Shown in pieces: positions 9,761 through 19,532 of a stretch of 20,000 nt of DNA. The first letter of the stretch is position 1. Each line of letters begins with the position of its first letter. The translations under genes were made by a program, and so were the position numbers. The notes beneath the pieces are model-generated. The model had not been told where the DNA came from. It saw nothing but the letters and a program-made list of their open reading frames with translations, and did not search any database. Source of the DNA: Asterionella formosa (taxonomy: Eukaryota); the NCBI GenBank assembly GCA_002256025.1, contig NKIB01013024.1, positions 45,223-65,222 of the forward strand, given 5' to 3'.

Positions 9761-11044
9761 ATGGAAAATCATCATATCGAAATGCCACAACAGGAAGGTG
9801 CTTCCAATTCCACTTCAGGTTTGAATCCTCCTATTGATGCATCGGTTGAAAGCGTCTTGGACATACAAGGTATACCGGTAGTGAGAGCGCAGTTGCTTGT
9901 CGTCGAAGGAACGACAGCGAAGGAACGCTCAAAATATCCAGTGATTTGGATAACACTATTCGTCCTTGTTCTTGCCGGAGTGATTGCAGGAACTCTGGCC
10001 CCCTTACTAAAAAGATGTTGCGATAGCACAAACGCACCATCACACACTCCGACATTAGCCCCGTCCAAAGATCCTCCTTACCCAGGGAACCTTAACTGGA
10101 CAATCGGGCAACAAATTTCTTTGATAGCTCCTGGAGATTACCATGTTCTGGGTATTATTCCAGATCCAGAGCTTTTCATCGAAATAACGAATCGAACCAA
10201 TGTCAATTTCACAGTTTTTACATTTGCAACAGGCAAGATTGATAATGTTGACATTTCCATCATCACTAAATTCGTGACGACCCTCTGGAACGGCCACTCA
10301 GTAAGTAATAGAAAGGAAAGCGAAATAATTAATTATCCCTTGCTTGCCACCATCCTCCCTCACTCTCCTTTTGTACAAACAACAAAGCTCGACTTTTTGC
10401 TAAGTTTCACAATTGAAGGCATTGTCTTGTCCGCTGATGACCTCTATGATGGCCTCGTTCTGACTTCAATGGCTCGATATCCACTAGAATTCAACCTTAA
10501 TCCAACTCGAGTTAATGATGTTACAATTGTCGAAAGCACTCAATACTATCGGAATGGAGTCATGATATTCATCTCTGGATTCCCTACCCCCTATATACCT
10601 TGGGTTGAGAAATCCCTTTATGATATTCTGATTGAAGCCAATATTCGACGAGGTGGTGATCTCTCCACCTTCATTTCAATCGTGAATAATACAGTTGATT
10701 TTAAAAAGGAGTTGCAGGCACATGGAACTGGAGCAACAACTCTATTCGCTCCTACCAATGAGAATTTATCCACATCCATGGGTAACCTCACCATCTTTCT
10801 TAACAATCACATTGCTGTTGGTAACGTTGCAACACGAGCTTGGAAGACAATCCCCACTGGTATTATTTTGAATGACACGCACTTGAGTTTGGAAACGTTT
10901 GGTGGAACTACTTTAGTGCTGGCCATGACGCAACCGAATATCACCATCAATGGCGATGCAACAATCATTGAATCTGACCTATTCTCCGAATTTGGAATAG
11001 TGCATATTATTGACAAGCCGATTATAAGTGCCGCTCAAAAATGA
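9761..11044 (+). CDS. Fasciclin (FAS1) domain membrane protein, two FAS1 domains, probable single intron
   Basis: First in-frame ATG at 9761. TM segment VIWITLFVLVLAGVIAGTLAPLL, Pro/Thr stalk APSHTPTLAPS, FAS1 H1 TTLFAPTNE, NHIAVG, H2 SDLFSEFGIVHIIDKPI. Degenerate first domain (NFTVFTF...NGVMIFISG). Confidence 0.85.
   Translation: MENHHIEMPQQEGASNSTSGLNPPIDASVESVLDIQGIPVVRAQLLVVEGTTAKERSKYPVIWITLFVLVLAGVIAGTLAPLLKRCCDSTNAPSHTPTLAPSKDPPYPGNLNWTIGQQISLIAPGDYHVLGIIPDPELFIEITNRTNVNFTVFTFATGKIDNVDISIITKFVTTLWNGHSVSNRKESEIINYPLLATILPHSPFVQTTKLDFLLSFTIEGIVLSADDLYDGLVLTSMARYPLEFNLNPTRVNDVTIVESTQYYRNGVMIFISGFPTPYIPWVEKSLYDILIEANIRRGGDLSTFISIVNNTVDFKKELQAHGTGATTLFAPTNENLSTSMGNLTIFLNNHIAVGNVATRAWKTIPTGIILNDTHLSLETFGGTTLVLAMTQPNITINGDATIIESDLFSEFGIVHIIDKPIISAAQK
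10301..10387 (+). other. Probable 87-bp phase-0 spliceosomal intron in the FAS1 gene
   Basis: GTAAGT donor at 10301, CTCAC branch-like site near 10360, AAG acceptor ending 10387. Splicing joins WNGHS to LDFLLSF. Confidence 0.7.
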
Positions 11045-11106
11045 AACAATGTTTATCCGTTATGCACAACGAAGCACCGACTGTGATCTATAAAGCACTA
11101 TTAAAA

Positions 11107-11980
11107 TTAATTGGCTGGTGGGTGCTTATAGTAAAATGTTTTTTTCTTCATCAATTCACCATTCAAAAAATCCTTGGGGGCTTCATAATCTTCCATTGAA
11201 AATCCCGCCCTAATCCCCAGCGGCTTCCCATTCTTAATCCACGCCGCTACCATTCCCGTTCTCACTGTCCAAGGTCCAGGTCCATCCTTTGCGGATTCAA
11301 CAATGTATTGAAAGGGTTGGTCGGTTCTGACTTTTCCACCAGCACATTCACAAATTTGATGTTTTATTTTTTGGCAGAGAACAGGTGTTGACGGCACATG
11401 GTGCCTCACGGTAATGACAGGAAGCCCTGTCTCCTCCCGTATACTCCTTGCTTTTTCTGTCAAAAGTTCTTCTCGGTACTTGGCATGCGTATGCTTTCCC
11501 CATGGCACTTGCCATCGAATGCCATGTGCCTAGCGGGTGGCATGGATCCCGTACCGTTTGACTTGTTCGGGGGTATTGGACAATTTGTGTTTCAATACTG
11601 GTAGTTGTGTTACTACATTGATACCAGAATTGAACATTCCAGAACAAAGCCTAAGTTGCATTCAATGACAGGTATGGTGGGTCGGAAGTGGGCACAAGTG
11701 TCCAATCCGTAAATGGCGTGTTGTTGTGTCTCCAATGTGGTCCTATATTTTGTGCCCAGGTGGGCAAATTCTGTCATGGACAGAGTTATTCCAGCATCTT
11801 TGAATATCGTTACAAAGTGTGTTTTTTGTCACTGTCATTTAATTTGATTGGTGGGACAAGAGGGAATGGTACAAGTGGCGATTTTCTTGAACGGCGTTAA
11901 GAAATAAACGTTTCCAGCCAGCATGGATAATATTCCCACAAAGGAAACTGAACCTAGAATGAAGTTGCCAGATAGTTTAC
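11107..11980 (-). pseudogene. Pseudogene of an uncharacterised, possibly sulfotransferase-like diatom family (WQVPWGKH motif)
   Basis: Ordered fragments in shifting frames: hydrophobic N-terminal segment, IFKDAG, LPTWAQ, IYGLDTC, SGMFNSGIN, in-frame TAG (11530-11532), HGIRWQVPWGKH, LPVITVR, ICECAGG, SAKDGPG, TGMVAAWIK. Family assignment is from recall. Confidence 0.6.
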
Positions 11981-12339
11981 AAATTGGCTCCTCACCGGCC
12001 TGAGTTGTTCCGTAAGCTGGGAATTGCTATTGGGGTCTAAGCTACTGAAAGTAGACTGCCGGTTTTATACAGAATGATGGATTTTGGTGATGTAACCATG
12101 ATTTCATGTATTTTAAGTATATGGAACCTGTAACAACTCAATGATTAATAATACTCCATTTGTACCGGTATGTTATTACCATGATTATTTTTATCTGAAT
12201 TTTGTATTTGCTTTACATGCATGTATGATGTATCTAAATTACAAGAACCACCTGGTACTGGTATCAGGTGCTGTGTATAGTGTGGCATAAATACAGGTAC
12301 CGGTATCATGCATTACCATTACATAGCCCTTCAGGACAA

Positions 12340-12990
12340 TCCTGCTCTTGAGCCTTTGAGAAACCAGGTTTTTCTGCTACCACTGTGGACATTATTTGTT
12401 CTTTTTCTGGGTAGCTTTTGCTCATGCACAGCTGTCACACACCAACATCTTTCCAAATGGTATGATGTCATTTGCATGCAGCATTTTTTCCACTCTTTTT
12501 TCAGTTGCATGCCCAAATTTTGTGTGTGCCTCATTAATGTCCATTACTTATCTCTCTTGTTTCTTTCTCATTTCATCATGATTTTTCATTTCTTCAATAT
12601 TGTAGACCTCTTTTGCTCCAACAACACACTGTGCAATCAGATAAGTCATACCATTGATTCCTGTCTTAAACTCATGATACCACCAGACTCATTAAATATC
12701 TTGGATCCTTCTTTTCCAGCCACAAAGCAACTCGTTTCCTCTCTCTGTCAACCTGCCAACACATATCAAATTTAGAGCAAAACCAGGAACAACCAGCACT
12801 TTTTCCAATTTCAGTGTTTTCCTTCTTGTATCCTTCTGCTCCAGAGTCAAATCACCAATCACTGTTGCCTTAAGGGTTTCATTGTTTCCAACCCTCACAT
12901 GCTCACCTTCAGTTGCAGTCTACAAATTACTCTTTTTTGATGGACACATGGGTTGTTACCCCTGAGTCAACAAACCAGCTTTCATGTCCA
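12340..12990 (-). mobile_element. Degenerate copia protease and integrase zinc-finger fragment
   Basis: SWFVDSGVTTHV (protease), VRVGNNETLKATVIGDL...VLVVPGFALNLICVGRL, and HHCC motif AHTKFGH...CDSCA*AKA. Confidence 0.85.
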
Positions 12991-13169
12991 CTCTCTGTGA
13001 CAGGGCTCATGGTTTTTCGAGAATTTTTCGCCAAAACTTCCTCATCATCCCACATCCATTCTGCTCCATGGCTTGTTAGATCCATCTGCTAAATAAATTT
13101 TTTCTCATCAACAATTCTGTTCACATTTTTGTTGACAGGCATTACCCAATTACAATGGAATGTCAAGTG

Positions 13170-13656
13170 AAGGTGATGCCTCAACTTTTTGCCATATGAC
13201 ATCAGTGCACTGCCCCTACACCAATGAATTGAGGGTCTTGATGTTTTCATTGAGATAATTGATCCGCTTAACATATTCATCTACTTGATTCTACCAGAGG
13301 CGCTCCTGGGTCCTGGTTCTTGCTCTGGATGGTGGGTCTGATGATGGCTCATTGATTTTGAGTAGCTCGAGGTTCTCCACAGCAAGCTTGATGTCTGTAC
13401 CATATTTGCATGTCCTTCCAACATATTCAGCGACTTTCTTGGTGGTCTTCACAAACAGATCTGACTGTCAGGCGTCTGAGCAGTCATAAATGTGGTCCTT
13501 GATGTCATCACATTTTCCTTCGAACTTTGTGTGTCTTGGCACCGTGTCTTTTGGTTTGGATTTACAGACCGGAAGGGTGGCTTCCCGCAGCCTTGTCTTT
13601 CCTTCTTCTGAGTTGCAGTGACGCTAGCTAGTGCCGCTAGCTAATGCCGCCATCAT
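13170..13656 (-). mobile_element. Degenerate diatom CoDi-type copia gag N-terminal fragment
   Basis: KFEGKCDDIKDHIYDCSDA*QSDLFVKTTKKVAEYVGRT and VDEYVKRINYLNENIKTLNSLV*GQCTD match the recalled gag of diatom copia elements; several stops. Confidence 0.75.
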
Positions 13657-13677
13657 TGGCAGCTGTGTCACCGGACA

Positions 13678-14655
13678 AAATGATCGCTCTACGTCCTTGC
13701 GTTGGGCATCTTGAACCATTGAAAAATGTGCACGCTTTTCACCCTGTGGTTCCGGAATTGTTTTGACAAAAATGTGCCAATCTGGATAGATGCCATCAAC
13801 CAAATAGTAAGCTAGATTGTGCTCTTTGTTGTTGATTGTGAAACTGACAGCAGGAGTCCTTCCAGCTGTCAAATCCCGGAAAAACGGAGAACAATCCAAA
13901 ATATTGAGATCATTGTTAGCACCTGGCATTCCAAACCATGATGCCTGCCAGAACCAAAGTCTACAACCAACATCAGCTTCCAAAGCAACAGTAGCCCCTC
14001 CATCTTTTCCTCGAAATGTTCCTCTGCAAGACTTGGGACAATTCTTCTATTCCCAATGCATCACTTTCAGTGAACCAAGAAGTCCTGGCCAAACCCTTTG
14101 CTTCATGGAAAAGTACAACCATTTCCATGTCATCCTTTGTAGGAGCTCGCAAACATTCTGTTCCATACCTGCTGATTTTTGAGTTACAAAACACTTTTGA
14201 TTTGGGAGTTTAGTCGATTCAGATCTTGTGAGGTTATTCAGATGATTCGCCAAAGTTCCGTAAGCCAACATTCGAGGCGCTGAGGTTAACTTTTGATGTG
14301 GCGAAAAACCAACCAGACCCAAGGCATCTTTCTTCTGTTCAAATTATGGATTTGCCTCGACGAAATCTTCAAGAATCTTTTCAAATAAGGAGCGATGCAT
14401 CCGGAAGCACCTCCTGAAATGTGCAGAAGAGTAGATTGGATTCTTGCTGCAATAGCTACTAGTTGTCCTTCAACAGCTTGTTGTTGTACTCTGCATGAAA
14501 GCGATTCATGTTAGTAGCCTTACCAACCTTGGAACCTCCTCCCCTATTTTGTCTTTTCTTTGCATCGTTCTCACCTCTTTGCTGACAATGCATCTTGTGG
14601 AAATGGTAGAGGTGATCATCATCAGATGAGTCGCTATCATTGCTCCTTGTTTCAT
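13678..14655 (-). mobile_element. Degenerate PIF/Harbinger transposase (Plant_tran-like), 3'-truncated
   Basis: HFRRCFRMHRSLF, GFSPHQKLTSAPRMLAYG, PGLLGSL..MHWE*KNCP, FGMPGANNDLNILDCSP, YYLVDGIYPDW..FVKTI, QRKDVERSF. Frameshifts and stops; no TIR recognised. Confidence 0.92.
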
Positions 14656-15004
14656 TCTGTGTTTATATAGCTATGTAGTATGTACCGCTATATCATCGAT
14701 ACACATATAAAGACAAAATAGCACTATTTCTATTTGCTAAAATTATGTGTGCAAAATTTGTCTTTTATAGGATTTGGTCAATGTGGTGGAAAAAAATGAA
14801 TAATTTGACTATTGATAAAAAAAATTCTCGACTGGTGAGTGATGTGTTTTGATATTTTCAACTGCATTTGGCTTCGGTATTTGGTCAATGCAGATGCTCT
14901 TATTATTCAGTAGTACATATGTAATACTGCATGCACTTACAATGGAATTTTTTGTACAGGAAATTCGACAACTAAATATTGCCTCACAAGAAAGATTCTG
15001 ATTC

Positions 15005-15117
15005 ACATGATGATGTTTTGGCACTACCAGTAAGTGTTCTGATTCCGATATAATGGAGACACATGATGATGTTTTGGCACTACCAGTAAGTGGTTCTGAT
15101 TCCAATATAATGGAGAC
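15005..15117. repeat. 56/57-bp tandem duplication
   Basis: 15005-15060 and 15061-15117 differ by one indel and one substitution. Confidence 0.95.
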
Positions 15118-15243
15118 TGTAGTAGAGAAGGCCGATTTTGTCGAATTTTTGGACAATGATAGCTCAACGTTGGCTGCGTCTGAATGCGATTTAGATAAAT
15201 AGGTAACCTTCAAATAGCATCAGCATACTGGGCCGGTATAACT

Positions 15244-15374
15244 TCTGGCGAGAAACTGCAGAAAGGAACTTCGGTTTTTTACAATGATGCCAAATAAAGT
15301 GATTTCCCCCGAAATTTCTAGTCTTAACAGCATGGTGAAAAAAATGAAGTTCCTTTCTTCAGTTTCTCGCCAGA
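15244..15374. mobile_element. ~130-bp MITE-like element
   Basis: 29-bp inverted repeats 15244-15272 and 15346-15374 with 1 mismatch, extending imperfectly inward. No clear TSD. Confidence 0.65.
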
Positions 15375-16160
15375 TCCTGTATCCTGACGATATTTAGTGT
15401 TGACCAATTTACACCTGCTACTTTTGATCAATGACTGTGTCTAAGCATACGGAAAGGGTTTGTAGTGGTGAAAGCTCCGTTTAGCGATATACATTTATGT
15501 TTTACTCTTAAGAAGTGTTGGTTTGAGTACTCTGACTCAATATTATCTTTTGAACCCTACCTCTAAACTAGGGTTGAAATGCAGGAACCTTAACTCGGAG
15601 CACAATACATTACGACGTGGCTCCCGGTCGTTTGCAGTTTGTTTACATAGACAGCACAGGAGTGACGTCATGGAAGCGTTGAGTACATTACTATGTTGAT
15701 GCGTTGAGTCAGCTCGACAACCCCAGCGGACAACCCCAGCGTCGAAAATGACAAGAAATTCAAGCGTTGAGAACCCTTTTTAGCATACAAATAAACAATA
15801 GACGAAGTTGTTTGAGCTCTGAACCACATAGTAGGGAAGTCTGATGGCATGAATGGTTATCATACCGGTAGTCGTGACTAAGTAGGAGTCTCCCACAGAT
15901 ATGCGTTTCACCATTGAAATACATCCTGCCACTTGGTCGGCATCCTCACGGAGCCTGTCCGATTTGGGATTTCTAATTCTTTTTGTTTGACATTTCAATA
16001 GGTCGGCGGCTACTACGACGAATGATCACACTTTGATCCTTTCAGCGTAAGGCGTGTCGCCTGCCAAACTTTTTCTTACACATGAATATATTCCTTATAG
16101 TCAGCATGACATATGAGCATTCACCACAATTTGGAACAATTGAGGAGCGTAAAATAGCAA

Positions 16161-18614
16161 ATGGGGTACAGCCAACCTAAGATGTTTCGTCGTCCCTCTT
16201 CGTCGTCGTCTTACGAATGGTCACGTCGGAATGCCACGAAAGGGACAATAGTAGGTCGAGGAGCGGCGCAGCCACTTCTGAATAACGAGGAATCGTCCTC
16301 TTCGCCAGACGAAATGACTATTCCCGAGAATCGAGCACCAACGGGATATGACGAAAGGTCGAACTCAAGAGGAGGCAAGCTGTTCGATACAAGCACAAGA
16401 GATAAGCCCAAGCCTTACTGTCCTGAATCGGAAACAACTGCCGAAAACAGTTCGCGCCCACGAATCTTTCAACGCAAGTCAAATTCGCACTGGTCAACTG
16501 CAACTGCACCTAGCACCAGGACTATTGGATGGCGCCGATCGAATACCGGGGGAAAAGTTCAGGTATCACCTATGCCGGGCTCCCTCACCGACATTTCATT
16601 GACTGGTGTGACAGGGACCCTGCGGCAGATGGAGAAGGACCTTAGTCGAGCGCGCAAGATGGGGGAGTCAGTGTCAAGAGAGGCTATCATGGTGTCCTTG
16701 CTCGGTGTGGTGAACAATCTAAATTCTGAATTGGATGACAAGATATGGGTGCCTAGGGATGCTTCAACATTGTCCACTTATGTTGAGACAGAGGTCGGTA
16801 CGACGAAAATCACAGTTATTAGTTATCTAAAGTCAGATGACTTGAACTTGCACGAAGAAGGTAGATCGCTATCATTTACAAACGTGGATACAGACTATAA
16901 TTATGAAAGTGACTCGCAATTGTCAGACATTAGCGTTTCAACGAACGGCGAGGACGTCCAGGCCGTCCAGGCCGCAACAAGCAAAGATTGTTCGCTTCCA
17001 GGAGACACTTTTATCTTCAATAAAATGGTGCAAGCTTGCCTTTGCATGAATCCATCATATCGTCCCAATGCAAGAGGCAAAATGCCAAGTCCGAACGTCA
17101 CGACAAGGAAACCATTGCTTCTTCCACCATCGAGTTCCAAAACGACTCTATTCGAAGATGAAAAGACGCGAGCAACATCGCAGCCAACAGCGAGGAATAT
17201 GCCACTACGAATTAATCGCATTCTAGGCTTGCCTTCCCCAAGTCGAACTTCCAAGAAATTGAACAGCCCTTCCAAAATGCCAAAATTCTTCAAAAAGTCG
17301 ATTAAGGACCCCGCTCCAGTTGCCGAAAACGAGGAAACGGGTTGCTTTGCATTAGATAGCGACGAATCAATTCAATTTCAAGAGGCACTTGCAGATATTT
17401 TATTTGCTGATTTAGTCCCAGCGTCTGTGGGGAGTACGGTTGCCCTTGAGCATTCGGCAATTGATGATTCCTTGATGCTCTGCTTTGCCCCTTTCGATGC
17501 TGCCTCGAAGGAACCATCCAATAGCAATGATGATCCATCTGCTCCTAATAAGTTGAATAAGTTGAGAAGTAAAACCATGGAATGGGACGAAGATCAGAAG
17601 CAATGCAATGGTTCCGACAGCTCGCAACTTGATCAAAAATTCAAACCCAATAACAGAGCTTTTCGAAGCTTTGGGTCCTTTGGGTCCTTTCGAAGAAGAA
17701 AGGAAGTTCCGTCACCCCAAAGTATCCCACCAGAAAAGGTATTGAATGATACGGAGTCTACCGATCAAGATCCCGTTCCAGTCGTGACGACGAAATACAT
17801 GCCGCCAAACGACGATGCTTGGAATTCCCTGTTTAATGACCTAGTTTTTGCCTTCATTTGCATGGCTCCCGCATTTCCTCCTACAAAGGCCAAGACTTTT
17901 CAACCGAAGAAAAGACGTGCTCGCCAATCCAGGATATCCAAATTTCTCGCCTTACCACGAATGCGCGGTTCAAAAAAGAGTGCACCATCGTCAAAGCCTC
18001 CCGCTAAGAATAGGGGCTTGCTGAACAAACGAAGCGGTTTCACCAACTCATCTCAAAAGTGCAATCCAAATCAGTCGCCGAATCCGAGTAAGTCGCAAGC
18101 GTCAGTGGTTCCTCCTTCTAAGCAGGCAGCTGATCCTATCAATGCGACAATGGAAAAGTCAGCACCAGTTGCAACAAATTGGTTTGCATTAGATGACATG
18201 GAATCTAACCAATTGCTAGAGGTAGTTGACGATATCTTCTTGATTGACGTATTTTTGCCGGCTTCGGAGAAGGTAGACGGGATGGAAAATGATACTTTCG
18301 GCTTGCTTCCTTTCACAGCTTTTGACAACTATCATACAAGTGCAAAAGAGACGACGACGGAGCCTTCAAGGAATCCAGGGGACGGTCTCATCATGCACAA
18401 CTTAGAGAGCAGTGCATACGATATGCGGAAGGACGAAGGAAGCCCCACATGCGATGGCTCTGAACTATCACCACCACCAACTCACAAGTCACTTTCCAAG
18501 GGCAGCTCAGCTGACAAAGCGAGTAAAAAGAGGCTCGAGCCTCGTAACCGAGCCTTTCTAGCGCTTAAGTCATTTGGAAGGAAGCAGAGGGAGGAGGAGC
18601 TGGAAAGTGTCTAG
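16161..18614 (+). CDS. Ser/Pro/Lys-rich hypothetical protein (817 aa) with internal duplication; paralog of 3053-6496
   Basis: 2.45-kb uninterrupted ATG-initiated ORF with normal CpG content and motifs shared with the 1147-aa ORF. Confidence 0.85.
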   Translation: MGYSQPKMFRRPSSSSSYEWSRRNATKGTIVGRGAAQPLLNNEESSSSPDEMTIPENRAPTGYDERSNSRGGKLFDTSTRDKPKPYCPESETTAENSSRPRIFQRKSNSHWSTATAPSTRTIGWRRSNTGGKVQVSPMPGSLTDISLTGVTGTLRQMEKDLSRARKMGESVSREAIMVSLLGVVNNLNSELDDKIWVPRDASTLSTYVETEVGTTKITVISYLKSDDLNLHEEGRSLSFTNVDTDYNYESDSQLSDISVSTNGEDVQAVQAATSKDCSLPGDTFIFNKMVQACLCMNPSYRPNARGKMPSPNVTTRKPLLLPPSSSKTTLFEDEKTRATSQPTARNMPLRINRILGLPSPSRTSKKLNSPSKMPKFFKKSIKDPAPVAENEETGCFALDSDESIQFQEALADILFADLVPASVGSTVALEHSAIDDSLMLCFAPFDAASKEPSNSNDDPSAPNKLNKLRSKTMEWDEDQKQCNGSDSSQLDQKFKPNNRAFRSFGSFGSFRRRKEVPSPQSIPPEKVLNDTESTDQDPVPVVTTKYMPPNDDAWNSLFNDLVFAFICMAPAFPPTKAKTFQPKKRRARQSRISKFLALPRMRGSKKSAPSSKPPAKNRGLLNKRSGFTNSSQKCNPNQSPNPSKSQASVVPPSKQAADPINATMEKSAPVATNWFALDDMESNQLLEVVDDIFLIDVFLPASEKVDGMENDTFGLLPFTAFDNYHTSAKETTTEPSRNPGDGLIMHNLESSAYDMRKDEGSPTCDGSELSPPPTHKSLSKGSSADKASKKRLEPRNRAFLALKSFGRKQREEELESV

Positions 18615-19532
18615 GGACCAGAAACAGGAGTGAGTCTTTGAATCACTCAGCAAACCGACGTGGCTGCAGTGGGACTGTGGAAGTGAGCGAGTTCTGCAAA
18701 GGTGTCATGCTCTACTACCGATTGTTTGGCCATCGAAAGAGAGCATACAGAATCACATTCTACAATGTAGGTGCTTGATGTGCTTGGAATTAGTGAACCC
18801 TTCCCGACTACTATACATTCATTCGCCTTTAAATGTTTTCATTTATATTTTGTTCAATTATTCTCACCTTAATTGCCGTACTACTCTAACAATAAGACTC
18901 TGACAGTTAAAATTCTTTTGAAAAAGTTTCCATAACTTAACTTGTCTGCTATAATAGAAAGAGTGTGCTGATAATTTGAAGGAATGTTGTGTAATCCGGA
19001 ACAGGTTGGTACAGGAGTGTTGAAGAGGTGATGTGTCCTGTGGAGGCCAGGTTCATTTGTGTTCCAACTTGGAACTGGTACCGAATTACATCGCTGTTGT
19101 CCAACTAGACCTGATAGTCTATTCGCTCTAGATGCCCTTGACTGAAGATTCCTTACAGATCAGATCTTGTATCGATAATAGGTCTCTTTTGGTTTGTCTT
19201 TGATTCTTCTCTGCTATCTCGGACATGTATATTTTAACTGACTAGTCGCAATAATAAGGACAAGATGCAACCAGCTACGTATTTTTCACCAGAGAGAAAT
19301 ATTTATGAAAGTGCTTCTTTTGTGGCTGGTGTAAATCCTTAAACAACCATCAATACCAGGGGTCATCTTTGAAATAACAAACTTATCATTAGTACGTGAA
19401 CTAGCCTTGATGTAAATAAGGATACTGGGTACACAGTAGCAGAAAAGTATCCGATTTGGAAAGCTGAAATGGGGGCAAAGAATCGACGTCCCAGAAGTTT
19501 GTTTCTGCTTGACCACGGAACTTCTGACCCCA

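Noticed and set aside
13624..13983. Harbinger-gag fusion protein
   Set aside because: In-frame junction of two decayed elements followed by a stop after about ten gag codons; both parts carry lesions.
15005..15117. CRISPR-like array
   Set aside because: Two adjacent units without spacers, in a eukaryotic context with no cas genes.
15549..15579. AACCCTA/TAGGGTT as telomeric or interstitial telomeric repeat
   Set aside because: Single units forming a small hairpin, with no tandem array.
16051..16062. GGCGTGTCGCCT as a promoter motif conserved with 2916-2929
   Set aside because: The first copy lies in the arm of the foldback element, and a short gapped match is too weak.
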